Of a stretch of 64,000 bases of DNA, positions 37,504 through 49,700 are shown in pieces. How positions within the stretch are numbered: the first letter of the stretch is position 1; each line of letters begins with the position of its first letter. The translations under genes and the position numbers were made by a program. Under the pieces are notes generated by a model. That model worked only from the letters and a program-made list of their open reading frames with translations. It was not told the DNA's origin and made no database searches. This DNA is from Euprymna scolopes. Its lineage: Eukaryota. The DNA lies in the NCBI GenBank assembly GCA_053919585.1, contig CM132788.1; one strand, written 5' to 3'.

Positions 37504-39277
37504 TTATATGGAACGGCTCATCAAGAACTTATTTACTTTAGACTTGAACACAACCATATTGTAGTCAGCCGGAAAGCAGGAAAACGGAAGACAATTCCAC
37601 AGGCGTGCAGTTCTAAGAAAGAAGCTTTGTTCATGGAATCTACGTTTAGGTTTAGGCACAGATAAAGAGTGGGGGAAATTATTGATAGTGTTTACAGCTA
37701 GACGAGTGTTTCTTGTGAATAGATTGAAGCTCAGTTGAACACTTTCCATGAAAATAACGATACATCAGAGACAAACTCGCAACATCTCTTCTGTGAGATA
37801 GAGGTTGCAAGGAGGAGAAAAGGACATCTCCTACGAGGCTACGAAGTCTATTTTGAACTCTATCAAGGCAGGACAAGTCCTTTCTAGCAGCTCCTGCCCA
37901 GATGTGGCAACAGTATTCCATCCTTGGACGTACCTGGCTCTTATATAGGTAGAGAATAGCATCAGCAGTGAGATATCTACTGGATCGATAGAAAGATCCC
38001 ACCATTTTTCCAGCGGCCTTGGCAACAGATTTGATATACGTGTTCCATTTAAGATCAGGAGTAATGGTCAAGCCCAGAAGCTTGTCAAAACTTGAGGCCT
38101 CCTGAAGACGAGAGCCACTCATTTCAATTGATGACAAATGTGAATTAGAATGTTGATGATGTAAAGAGAGAAGCTTGGTTTTAGATGCATTAAAAGTAAC
38201 CAGCCACTCCTTTCCCCATTGTACTACGTGCTCAAGATCAGAGGAGAGAGAATTGGAGAGAACTTGGTCGTTTACTGTCTTAGATGTGGTACCATAAATG
38301 GTAGTGTCGTCAGCATAAATGTCTACAAATGATGTAAGGATATGATTTGGAAGATCATTAATGTAGATCAAGAAAAGAGTTGGGCCCAGGATGGATCTCT
38401 GAGGGACACCGGCATTAATACTGTGAGCTTCTGATTTTTGCCCCTCAACTACTACTCTTATGAACCTATCAGAAAGAAATGATTTAATAATTGAGAAGAC
38501 TTTTCCAGCTATACCATAGCTAGCGATCTTATGAAGTAAACCTTTATGCCATACCCTATCAAAGGCTTTAGATATGTCAAGAGCAATTGCCCTAGAAAGA
38601 TTGCCACCGTCGAGAGATTTGCTAATCCTATGCGATATAACTGTAAGGACATCTGCTGTAGATCTAGAAGAACGGAAACCATATTGAGTGTCGCTAAGAA
38701 GGTTATTTTTGTTGAGATGTTTGATTACTTCTGTATTTAACACAGATTCTAGCAACTTACTCATGACGCACAGGAGACTTATTGGCCTGTACTGAGAGGG
38801 GCATGAGCGATCACCTGAATTCTTAAATACAGGGCATACTGATGAGATTTTCCAGGGAGATGGGAAACTATTCTCCTTAAGACAACGTTTAAACAGTTTT
38901 GTAAGTATGGGCGCTAATTCAGGTTGAAGTTTTTTGAGTACTATAATTGGAATACCATCAGGGCCAGTTGCTTTACTGGAATCAAGGTTTTTGATTAGCT
39001 TGGCAACATCACGTACAGATATACGTATATCACATAGCGTGTTTTCTGATACAGGAGGAAATATTGGAGGTTGGCGGTCTTGGTCGCAAAGGGTAGAATT
39101 AGCTGCAAAGTTCTTGACAAAGAGTTTGGCTTTGTCTGATGCTGACGAGATTACCTCAGGTCCATTGATAATAGTTGGGATGGAGCACACGCTTCTATTC
39201 AGGATTCTGTTTGCTATTTGCCAAAACTGGTGGGAACCAAGCCTCTGCTCAGCTACTTTGGACTTTAGATTGAGCAT
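37504..39277 (-). CDS. LINE reverse transcriptase (C-terminal part; frameshifts near 39270 and 37720)
   Basis: KATGPDGI, YRPISLL, QYGFR, LDISKAFDRV, GVPQRSILGP, YADD, YKSQVRPRMEYCCHIW (Zenon-like C-terminus). Confidence 0.92.
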
Positions 39278-40397
39278 ACAACACTCTTGCGTTCCTTATT
39301 ACTTTCTTACAATGGTTGCTGGCAGTCCTGAAAACGGCTTTAGTTTCCCTACATCTATTACGTTTGAAGCAGTGGAAAAAGTGATTTCTGTGCGCAATGG
39401 AAGCAGCACATTCTGGAGAGAACCATGGCTGGCTGTTAGGTTTTTGCTGAAACTTTTTAGAGGGTATGAAATGGTCAATACCTACAATTAACCATTCAGT
39501 TAGGTCTAATACTATAGAGGACACATCCTTTTTAAACATGGAATGCAGAGGTAGATCAGATATAAATGTACGGAAGCTATCCCAGTCAGCCTTAGTGTAT
39601 CGATATACTGTACGATGAAGAGGTACGTCTGGGGACTTATTACATTTCATTTTTATCTTAATTGATACAACAGAGTGGTCGGAAGATCCAAGAGGCGACA
39701 GAACAGAAACTGAACATAGTTCAGGGCAAGTTGTGAGAAAAAGGTCTAGTAGGCTCGCATACTGGCCGTCATTATCGGGCACACGGGTAGGTTCCTGAAC
39801 AATCTGAGTGAGGTCATAGGCAATGGAGAAATCATGACAGAACCTCCCCTCATCATCGGTCTTGTTTGAGTGGGTCAACCATTCGACGTTGTGAACATTG
39901 AAGTCTCCACATACGTGAATGTTAGCTGAAGGATAAGTAGAAAGGACTTGGTCAATTTTCTCAGATATGCTTTGAAAGATAGTAACTCCGCTGTTGTGGG
40001 GGCGATAGAGAGTAAATATAAATGCAGTAGTGTGAGCTAAAGCAACCCGGAAGCACATATAGGGTAAGTTAGGATCTTCCCTGGAGATGTCCCTCCCACA
40101 TGGAAAGCTATCTTTAATATAGGCACATATTCCATGCCCATGGCGATCTTGGGGGTCAGATTTAGAAGTTAAGTTAGAGTATCCTGAAATTGCAAACTCA
40201 TCTAGGGAAATAGCCTGTCCAATGCCAGTTTCACTTAAAAATAAAAGGTCTGGTTTAGTCTCCTGTAATTGGGTTTCAACCTCTGGAAGGTTAGAACGAA
40301 GACCCCTGATGTTGGAGAAGGAGACATGGTAGTAGGGGTCTACGTTGGAAGTTGGAGAACCGGGTTTAATCGTGTATTTTTTCTTGAAACTTGTCAT
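39249..40397 (-). CDS. LINE apurinic-like endonuclease domain (N-terminal part of frameshifted ORF)
   Basis: NIRGLRSN, LSET, YRP, GDFNVH, LDLFLT, PLGSSDH motifs. Confidence 0.92.
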   Translation of the reverse strand: MTSFKKKYTIKPGSPTSNVDPYYHVSFSNIRGLRSNLPEVETQLQETKPDLLFLSETGIGQAISLDEFAISGYSNLTSKSDPQDRHGHGICAYIKDSFPCGRDISREDPNLPYMCFRVALAHTTAFIFTLYRPHNSGVTIFQSISEKIDQVLSTYPSANIHVCGDFNVHNVEWLTHSNKTDDEGRFCHDFSIAYDLTQIVQEPTRVPDNDGQYASLLDLFLTTCPELCSVSVLSPLGSSDHSVVSIKIKMKCNKSPDVPLHRTVYRYTKADWDSFRTFISDLPLHSMFKKDVSSIVLDLTEWLIVGIDHFIPSKKFQQKPNSQPWFSPECAASIAHRNHFFHCFKRNRCRETKAVFRTASNHCKKVIRNARVLYAQSKVQSS

Positions 40398-40899
40398 GAT
40401 GAAATTTTGGAATTTGTGGACTAGATCGACAGATTTACTTAGAGCAGGACAGAGAGGGGAAATTAAGAGAGAAAAAGAAACGAAGAATTTTTTTTATTAT
40501 TTGTAGCTAATGATAAGGTAAAGCCGTAACAATTACCCACTAGTATGGCATCGAGAGGCCCCACCAGAAGCTACTGCATGGTCCAGAATCCATTCACCAA
40601 ATGGCAATACAGCAGCCCCAGTACTTTGCACCTGCTGATAGGACAGCCTCCTTAGTGGTTAATCCAAGGTTCGGGTCCCTGACTATCAGGCGGATAACGT
40701 CAGCCCAGACAAAACGTTTACCTCCAGCACCCTTACTAGTGACATGGCTACAAGGATAGACATAGAAACAGAAAATTTCCGCCATCTCAGCCAATTGTAT
40801 ATAAGTTTAAATTTTGTACATCTATCCTGAATTAACCAGTAGAATAGATATAATCGAGTCTGTCTTTCTTCTGTATGCATGAAACTGATTCATTTCCAG

Positions 40900-41043
40900 T
40901 GTTACAGATCGACGAAGCAGCGGCCTATAAACCCGAAGGTGAAAGTGATTCCGACCAAATCGATTGACGGGCCCTATTACGCTAAGATACCTTGCGAAGA
41001 ATCCCCTGCAAAGGACAAGCACAGGTCACATTGGGGCCCGTGA
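40900..41043 (+). CDS. Candidate terminal host exon (unknown product)
   Basis: Acceptor catttccag; GC-richer open frame CYRSTKQRPINPKVKVIPTKSIDGPYYAKIPCEESPAKDKHRSHWGP*. Confidence 0.3.
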   Translation, partial: CYRSTKQRPINPKVKVIPTKSIDGPYYAKIPCEESPAKDKHRSHWGP

Positions 41044-41844
41044 CCGAGGATTAACTCATATGCGGCAATGATATCCATTTTGACGCCGCTGTTAATTTCT
41101 CTCTCTCTCTCTCACTCTCTCGTTTTGTTTTGTTTTTTTTTCTCAACAGATGTAACTATTTCTTTAACTTAATCTTTTTTTTTCAATTTTTTGGGGTTTT
41201 TTTTTTTTTGCATCCAAGATTTTTAACGTTCTGTTACAATATATATGGGAATATCTTTATCGTTTAGAGTAAGTACGACAGTCTTCGTGCTGGAAATTCT
41301 GGTATGTTATTTTGTCTAGAGAGATTTCACGAATCATCGAATATCTGTTTATCTCTGGCGGAACTGATCTACTACGCTGGACAAAACTTTAAATCCTGCT
41401 TGTCTCTCGAATTCTGGAACTGTACATAACCTATCTCACAGAAAAACTTACAAAAACAGTTTTGCAGCGGTATTTATATGCATGGTATGCTCGGTTAAAT
41501 GGGGCGATTACCTTTCTATCTTCCAATTAACTCATGCCATGTTGATTTTCCCTGAAAAATGATTTGTCAACCGTTTATGCTAGACAAACTGATCTGATTC
41601 AAGTTTTTCAAAGGACAGATATGATTTCATATCCCGACAATTAGGCAGGGTCAGTGGGTCAGCTCTCTTGAGTTGACGATTTCTTTTGTCATTAATCGAA
41701 ATCTTAACGCGAATTGACATTTCCCCTTTTGCTCTGAAATAAATCTTTACCTAAACAATTATTTCTCATTCTCGCCTAGTCGATTTGTCCAATTTCTTAC
41801 TTTGCAACACACACACGCACGCGTACACACACAAACACACACAA

Positions 41845-41895
<51 letters not shown>

Positions 41896-41951
41896 CTTCT
41901 TATATTAACTAGTGGATCTATTTAATGTAATCGGGGCCCGTAGGTATTATA

Positions 41952-42018
41952 GCAATTAGCGAACGATTTCAGCCCTACCTCAATTGGCCTAGTAGTTTAA
42001 TCCCTCAGGACTAACTAC
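41952..42018 (-). ncRNA. Degenerate hammerhead-like motif
   Basis: GTAGTTAGT-C-CTGAGGGA...CTAC..GTAG..GAAATCGTTC-GCTAATTGC; 9-bp stem I with G-U pairs, imperfect core. Confidence 0.4.
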
Positions 42019-42893
42019 ACGGGTTAGGTACTGGGGTTCCGTCCAAGCAACAATGTTACATTTCCCCTTACTCGTTTTATCTTTTTACCCCGTAAATATA
42101 CGACCTTCTACCTTACCGTTGAGATTAATAATAACAGAATAAAAATGGCTGTCCACTTTCCTGATTTGTATTCTATTATAACTACAAGCATGTTTTTGGT
42201 TCTTTTTGACGGTAGCTGAAAAACAATCACTAAAAGTACGCTTGCATTGGATCCACAAAGACAAAATTTAAATCTTGGGTTATAACCCAACCCGTGAAAT
42301 AGTCTATAAAATGTCTTGGATTCTTCGTCCCAAAATGAAACAAAAAAATATTCGATGATTACAACTAGTAAATGCAAAATCTATTTTTAAAACAAATGCA
42401 AAGTCTATTGTTAAAACAACGATAATTCACAGTTCACCTTGAGAGGAGCAACTCTTGTTTTCAGGTTTCAGAACAGTTTTCATTGTTTTCAACATTTCTC
42501 AAAAACATACAATTGTACTTGATTCAATTACTTTTGGTCAAAAGTTCGATTCTTGTCTTTGTCTACCAGTATTACATGATAAGGGGTTGGCCCCTTTACA
42601 TGTAAGTAAAAAAATAGGGAATTAGTTAAATGTAAATATGAAATAGGATAGTCAAGCATTCGAACTTGCGAAGCTGGATTTGGAATTGAAAATTCCAATC
42701 ATAAGTTAAAATAAATACAGAATGTTATTGAAATAAGTAATTGCAACTGTTTAGCTTACATATCTGTATATGGAAAAGGAATGTAATAATGAAATTTGTT
42801 TCTGTGAAAATTTAAATAAGGAATTTAATCGTCAATTGGAATTGTAAACATATTTTGTATAAATGTTATTTGAAAAATAGGTTACTGAATCGG

Positions 42894-43588
42894 TGTCATG
42901 TCAAGTTTGGCAACGTGATGCATGTCATGCAACATGCTTTATGAGCACATGTTTAATCATGCGATGACGTGAAGAGTTCTCAATATAGGAAAGAGTTTGA
43001 AGTAAGTTAGAAAGAGTTAGATCAGTGAGATTAGAGGAGCAGAGGTGTTGAGACCGATTCTCGGCACCCTCTGGAAGCGAGGAGGGTTTTAGAAATAACC
43101 ATGTAAAGAAACTTTGAATTCCTTACGCGAAACCATGAACCGGTCATGAATAAAGGACGTACTCATCTTTGTGTATCTGCGTCTTCTGTGTTCATCATTA
43201 CAACGAGAAAAGTAACGTGTTTATATTATATGCACAACTGTCAAAACGTAAATGTCAAACGCACTACCTCTCGATCTATCTTTCAAGATATTCATAAATC
43301 TCCACTCATTGAATTGGTTGTCTTGTAGTAACATGTACCTGTCTATTATATACATACAGAACTCTCTCTCTCGAACTCTCTCTAGAACTCTCTCTCTCTT
43401 TATATGTATCCTGTCTCTATATCTCAACAATGTCTCCATCTCTGACAACATGAACATCTTAAGACATATGAACACTCAACACATGATCGCTCCTAAGACT
43501 GTCTCTAATCTCACTAAGACTCTTCTAATAAGATCTCACGTCACATACGCACAAGTGGAACCTTTTAATAATAACATCCTATGTGACA
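42894..43588. mobile_element. Two possible solo-LTR-like sequences in opposite orientation (42894-43202 +; 43239-43588 -)
   Basis: TG...CA ends, TATA-like and AATAAA in the first; shared agtgagattagag motif in inverted orientation; no TSDs seen. Confidence 0.3.
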
Positions 43589-43729
43589 CCAGTCTTAAAA
43601 AAGGATGAGAAAGAAAAGACAAAAACGAAAAACAATTATGTCTCCTCTTGGCATTGGTCTAGATCCTACCTCTACCGCATTTTCTCCGGACGCCATACAT
43701 AACTCTAATGTTACTCACTTCGTCCGTGG

Positions 43730-46700
43730 ATCCAATGAAGGTCATTCATGTTTCACTAAAGACAGACTTTATTATCCAATAAAGGTCATTAATGTTTCAC
43801 TTAAAACAGACTTTATTATCCAATGGGGGTCATTAATGTTTCACTTAAGACATAATTTATCATCCAATAGAGGTCATTCATGTTTCACTTAAGACCAAAT
43901 TTATCATCCAATGGAGGTCATTCATTTTCCACTTCAGACACACTTTATTATCCAATGGAGGTCATTCATGTTTGACTTAAGACATACTTTATTATCCAAT
44001 GGAGGTCATTCATGTTTCACTTAAGACGAAATTTATCATCCAATGGAGGTCATTCATGTTTCACTTAAGACACACTTTATCATCTAATGGAGGTCATTCA
44101 TGTTGAACTTAAGACCAAATTTATCATCCAATGGAGGTCATTCATGTTTTACTCAAGACACACTTTATTATCCAATGGAGGTCATTCATGTTTCACTAAA
44201 GACCAAATTTATCATCCAATGGAGGTCATTCATGTTTCACTTAAGATACACTTTATCATCTAATGGAGGTCATTCATGTTTCACTTAAGACCAAATTTAT
44301 CATCCAATGGAGGTCATTCATGTTTTACTAAAGACACGCTTTATTATCCAATGGAGGTCATTCATGTTTCACTTAAGACCAAATTTATCATCCAATGGAG
44401 GTCATCCATGTTTAACTTAAGATACACTTTATCATCTAATGGAGGTCATTCATGTTTCACTTAAGACCAAATTTATAATCCAATGGAGGTCATTCATGTT
44501 TTACTTAAGACACACTTTATTATCCAATGGAGGTCATTCATGTTTCACTTAAGACACACTTTATCATCCAATGGAGGTCATCCATGTTTCACTTAAGACA
44601 CACTTTATCATCCAATGGAGGTCATTCATGTTTCACTTAAGACACACTTTATTATCCAATGGAGGTCATTCATGTTTCACTTAAGACATACTTTATTATC
44701 CAATGGTGGTCATTCCTGTTTCACTTAAGACCAAATTTATCATCCAATGGAGGTCATTCATGTTTCACTTAAGACACACTTTATCATCCAATGGAGGTCA
44801 TTCATGTTTTACTTAAGACAAAATTTATCATCCAATGGAGGTCATTTATGTTTCACTTAAGACACACTTTATCATCCAATGGAGGTCATTCATGTTTCAC
44901 TTAAGACACACTTTATCACCCAATGGAGGTCATTCATGTTTCACTTAAGACATACTTTATTATCCAATGGATGTCATTCATGTTTCACTTAAGACCAAAT
45001 TTATCATCCAATGGAGGTCATTAATGTTTCACTTAAGACACACTTTATCATCCAATGGAGGTCATTCATGTTTTACTTAAGACAAAATTTATCATCCAAT
45101 GGAGATCATTTATGTTTCACTTAAGACACACTTTATCATCCAATGGAGGTCATTCATGTTTCACTTAAGAGATACTTTATCATCCAATGGATGTCATTAA
45201 TGTTTCACTTAGGACATACTTTATTATCCAATGGAGGTCATTAATGTTTCACTTAAAACACACTTTATTATCCAATGGAGGTCATTCATGTTTCTCTTAA
45301 GACATACTTTATTATCCAATGGAGGTCATTCATGTTTCACTTAAGACATACTTTATCATCCAATGGAGGTCATTCATGTTTCACTTAAGACATACTTTAT
45401 TATATAATGGAGGTCATTCATGTTTCACTTAAGACCAAATTTATTATCCAATGGAGCCCATTCATGTTTCACTTAAGACATACTTTATTATCCAATGGAG
45501 GTCATTCATGTTTTACTTAAGACATACTTAATTATCCAATGGAGGTCATTCATGTTTTACTTAAGACATACTTTATCATCCAATGGAGGTCATTCATGTT
45601 TTACTTAAGACATACTTTAGTATCCAATGGAGGTCATTCATGTTTTACTTAAGACATACTTTATCATCCAATGGAGGTCATTCATGTTTCACTTAAGACA
45701 TATTTTATTATCCAATGGAGGTCATTCATGTTTTACTTAAGACTAAAGTTATTATCCAATGGAGGTCATTTATGTTTCACTAAAGACAAACTTTATCATC
45801 TAATGGAGGTCATTCATGTTTTACTTAAGACATACTTTATTATCCAATGGAGGTCATTCATGTTTCACTTAAGACATACTTTATAATCCTATGGAGGTAA
45901 TTCATGTTTTACTTAGGACCAAATTTATTATCCAATGGAGGTCATTAATGTTTCACTTAAGACATACTTTATAATCCAATGCAGGTCATTCATGTTTTAC
46001 TTAAGACCAAATTTATTATCCAATGGAGGTCATTCATGTTTCACTTAAGACATACTTAATTATCCAATGGAGGTCATTCATGTTTTACTTAAGACCAAAT
46101 TTATTATCTAATGGAGGTCATTAATGTTTCACTAAAGACATACTTTATAATCCAATGGAGGTCATTCATGTTTTACTTCAGACCAAATTTATTATCCAAT
46201 GGAGGTCATTCATGGTTAACTGAAGACCTACTTTATCATCCAATGGAGGTCATTCATGTTTCACTTAAGACATACTTTATTATCTAATGGAGGTCATTCA
46301 TGTTTCACTTCAGACTAAATTTATTATCCAATGGAGGTCATTAATGTTTCACTAAAGACATACTTTATAATCCAATGGAGGCCATTCATGTTTTACTTAA
46401 GACATACTTTATTATTCAATGGAGGTCATTAATGTTTCACTTAAGACATTCTTTATCATCCTATGGAGGTCTTTAATGTTTCACTTAAGACAGACTTTAT
46501 TATTCAATGGAGGTCATTCATGTTTCACTTAAGACATACTTTATAATCCTATGGAGGTCATTCATGTTTTACTAAGATCAAATTTATTATCCAATGGAGG
46601 TCATTCATGTTTCACTAAAGACATACTTTATCATCCAATGGAGGTCATTCATGTTTCACTTAAGACCAAATTTATTATCCAATGGAGGTCATTAATGTTT

Positions 46701-49700
46701 CACTTAAGACATACTTTATCATCCAATGGAGGTCATTCATGTTTTACTAAAGACCAAATTTATTATCCAATGGAGGTCATTTATGTTTCACTTAAGACAT
46801 ACTTCATTATCCGATGGAGGTTATTCATGTTTCACTTAAGACATACTCTTTATCCAATGGAGGTCATTCATGTTTTACTTAACACATACTTTATCATCCA
46901 ATTGAGGTCATTCATGTTTCACTTAAGACATACTTTATCATCCAATGGAGGTCATTTATGTTTCACTTAAGACATATTTTATCATCCTATGGAGGTCATT
47001 CATGTTTCACTTCAGACCAAATTTATTATCCAATGGAGGTCTTTCATGTTTCACTTAAGATATACTTTATCATCCTATGGAGGTCATTCATGTTTTACTT
47101 AAGAGCAAATTTATTATCCGATGGAGGTCATTAATGTTTCACTGAAGATATACTTTATCATCCAATGGAGGTCATTCATGTTTTACTTAAGACCAAATTT
47201 ATTATCCAATGGAGGTCATTCATGTTTCACTTAAGACCAAATTTATTATCCAATGGAGGTGATTCATGTTTCACTTAAGACATACTTTATTATCCGATGG
47301 AGGTTATTCATGTTTCACTTAAGACATACTTTATTATCCAATAGAGGTCATTCATGTTTCACTTCAGACATACTTTATCATCCTATGGAGGTCATTCATG
47401 TTTCACTTAAGACCAAATTTATCATCCAATGGAGGTCATTCATGTTTCACTTAAGACATACTTTATCATCCAATAGAGGTCATTAATGTTTTACTTAAGA
47501 CATACTTATCATCCTATGGAGGTCATTCATGTTTTACTTAAGACCAAATGTATTATCCAATGGAGGTCATTAATGTTTCACTTAAGACATACTTTATCAT
47601 CCAATAGAGGTCATTCATGTTTTACTTAAGACACACTTTATTATCCAATGGAGGTCATTCATGTTTCTCTTAAGACATACTTTATTATCCAATGGAGGTC
47701 ATTCATGTTTCACTTAAGACATACTTTATCATCCAATGGAGGTCATTCATGTTTCACTTAAGACATACTTTATTATATAATGGAGGTCATTCATGTTTCA
47801 CTTAAGACCAAATTTATTATCCAATGGAGCCCATTCATGTTTCACTTAAGACATACTTTATTATCCAATGGAGGTCATTCATGTTTTACTTAAGACATAC
47901 TTAATTATCCAATGGAGGTCATTCATGTTTTACTTAAGACATACTTTATCATCCAATGGAGGCCATTCATGTTTTACTTAAGACATACTTTAGTATCCAA
48001 TGGAGGTCATTCATGTTTTACTTAAGACATACTTTATCATCCAATGGAGGTCATTCATGTTTCACTTAAGACATACTTTATTATCCAATGGAGGTCATTC
48101 ATGTTTTACTTAAGACTAAAGTTATTATCCAATGGAGGTCATTTATGTTTCACTAAAGACAAACTTTATCATCTAATGGAGGTCATTCATGTTTTACTTA
48201 AGACATACTTTATTATCCAATGGAGGTCATTCATGTTTCACTTAAGACATACTTTATAATCCTATGGAGGTAATTCATGTTTTACTTAAGACCAAATTTA
48301 TTATCCAATGGAGGTCATTAATGTTCCACTTAAGACATACTTTATAATCCAATGCAGGTCATTCATGTTTTACTTAAGACCAAATTTATTATCCAATGGA
48401 GGTCATTCATGTTTCACTTAAGACATACTTAATTATCCAATGGAGGTCATTCATGTTTTACTTAAGACCAAATTTATTATCTAATGGAGGTCATTAATGT
48501 TTCACTAAAGACATACTTTATAATCCAATGGAGGTCATTCATGTTTTACTTCAGACCAAATTTATTATCCAATGGAGGTCATTCATGGTTAACTGAAGAC
48601 CTACTTTATCATCCAATGGAGGTCATTCATGTTTCACTTAAGACATACTTTATTATCTAATGGAGGTCATTCATGTTTCACTTCAGACCAAATTTATTAT
48701 CCAATGGAGGTCATTAATGTTTCACTAAAGACATACTTTATAATCCAATGGAGGCCATTCATGTTTTACTTAAGACATACTTTTTTATTCAATGGAGGTC
48801 ATTAATGTTTCACTTAAGACATTCTTTATCATCCTATGGAGGTCATTAATGTTTCACTTAAGACAGACTTTATTATCCAATTGAGGTCATTCATGTTTCA
48901 CTTAAGACATACTTTATAATCCTATGGAGGTCATTCATGTTTTACTAAGATCAAATTTATTATCCAATGGAGGTCATTCATGTTTCACTAAAGACATACT
49001 TTATCATCCAATGAAGGTCATTCATGTTTCACTTAAGACCAAATTTATTATCCAATGGAGGTCATTAATGTTTCACTTAAGACATACTTTATCATCCAAT
49101 GGAGGTCATTCATGTTTTACTAAAGACCAAATTTATTATCCAATGGAGGTCATTTATGTTTCACTTAAGACATACTTCATTATCCGATGGAGGTTATTCA
49201 TGTTTCACTTAAGACATACTCTTTATCCAATGGAGGTCATTCATGTTTTACTTAACACATACTTTATCATCCAATGGAGGTCATTCATGTTTCACTTAAG
49301 ACATACTTTATCATCCAATGGAGGTCATTCATGTTTCACTTAAGACATATTTTATCATCCTATGGAGGTCATTCATGTTTCACTTCAGACCAAATTTATT
49401 ATCCAATGGAGGTCTTTCATGTTTCACTTAAGATATACTTTATCATCCTATGGAGGTCATTCATGTTTTACTTAAGAGCAAATTTATTATCCAATGGAGG
49501 TCATTAATGTTTCACTGAAGATATACTTTATCATCCAATGGAGGTCATTCATGTTTTACTTAAGACCAAATTTATTATCCAATGGAGGTCATTCATGTTT
49601 CACTTAAGACCAAATTTATTATCCAATGGAGGTGATTCATGTTTCACTTAAGACATACTTTATTATCCGATGGAGGTCATTCATGTTTCACTTCAGACAT

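Larger units (their letters stand above)
37367..40790 (-). mobile_element. Near full-length single-ORF CR1/Zenon-type non-LTR retrotransposon (family A)
   Basis: 5' UTR, APE endonuclease, RT, 3' UTR stem-loop and poly(A) (T run at 37367-37381); 5' boundary approximate, no TSD found. Confidence 0.9.

Noticed and set aside
39249-39290. Programmed frameshift between EN and RT
   Set aside because: No slippery heptamer; EN and RT form one ORF in this LINE group, so a mutation or sequencing error is more likely.
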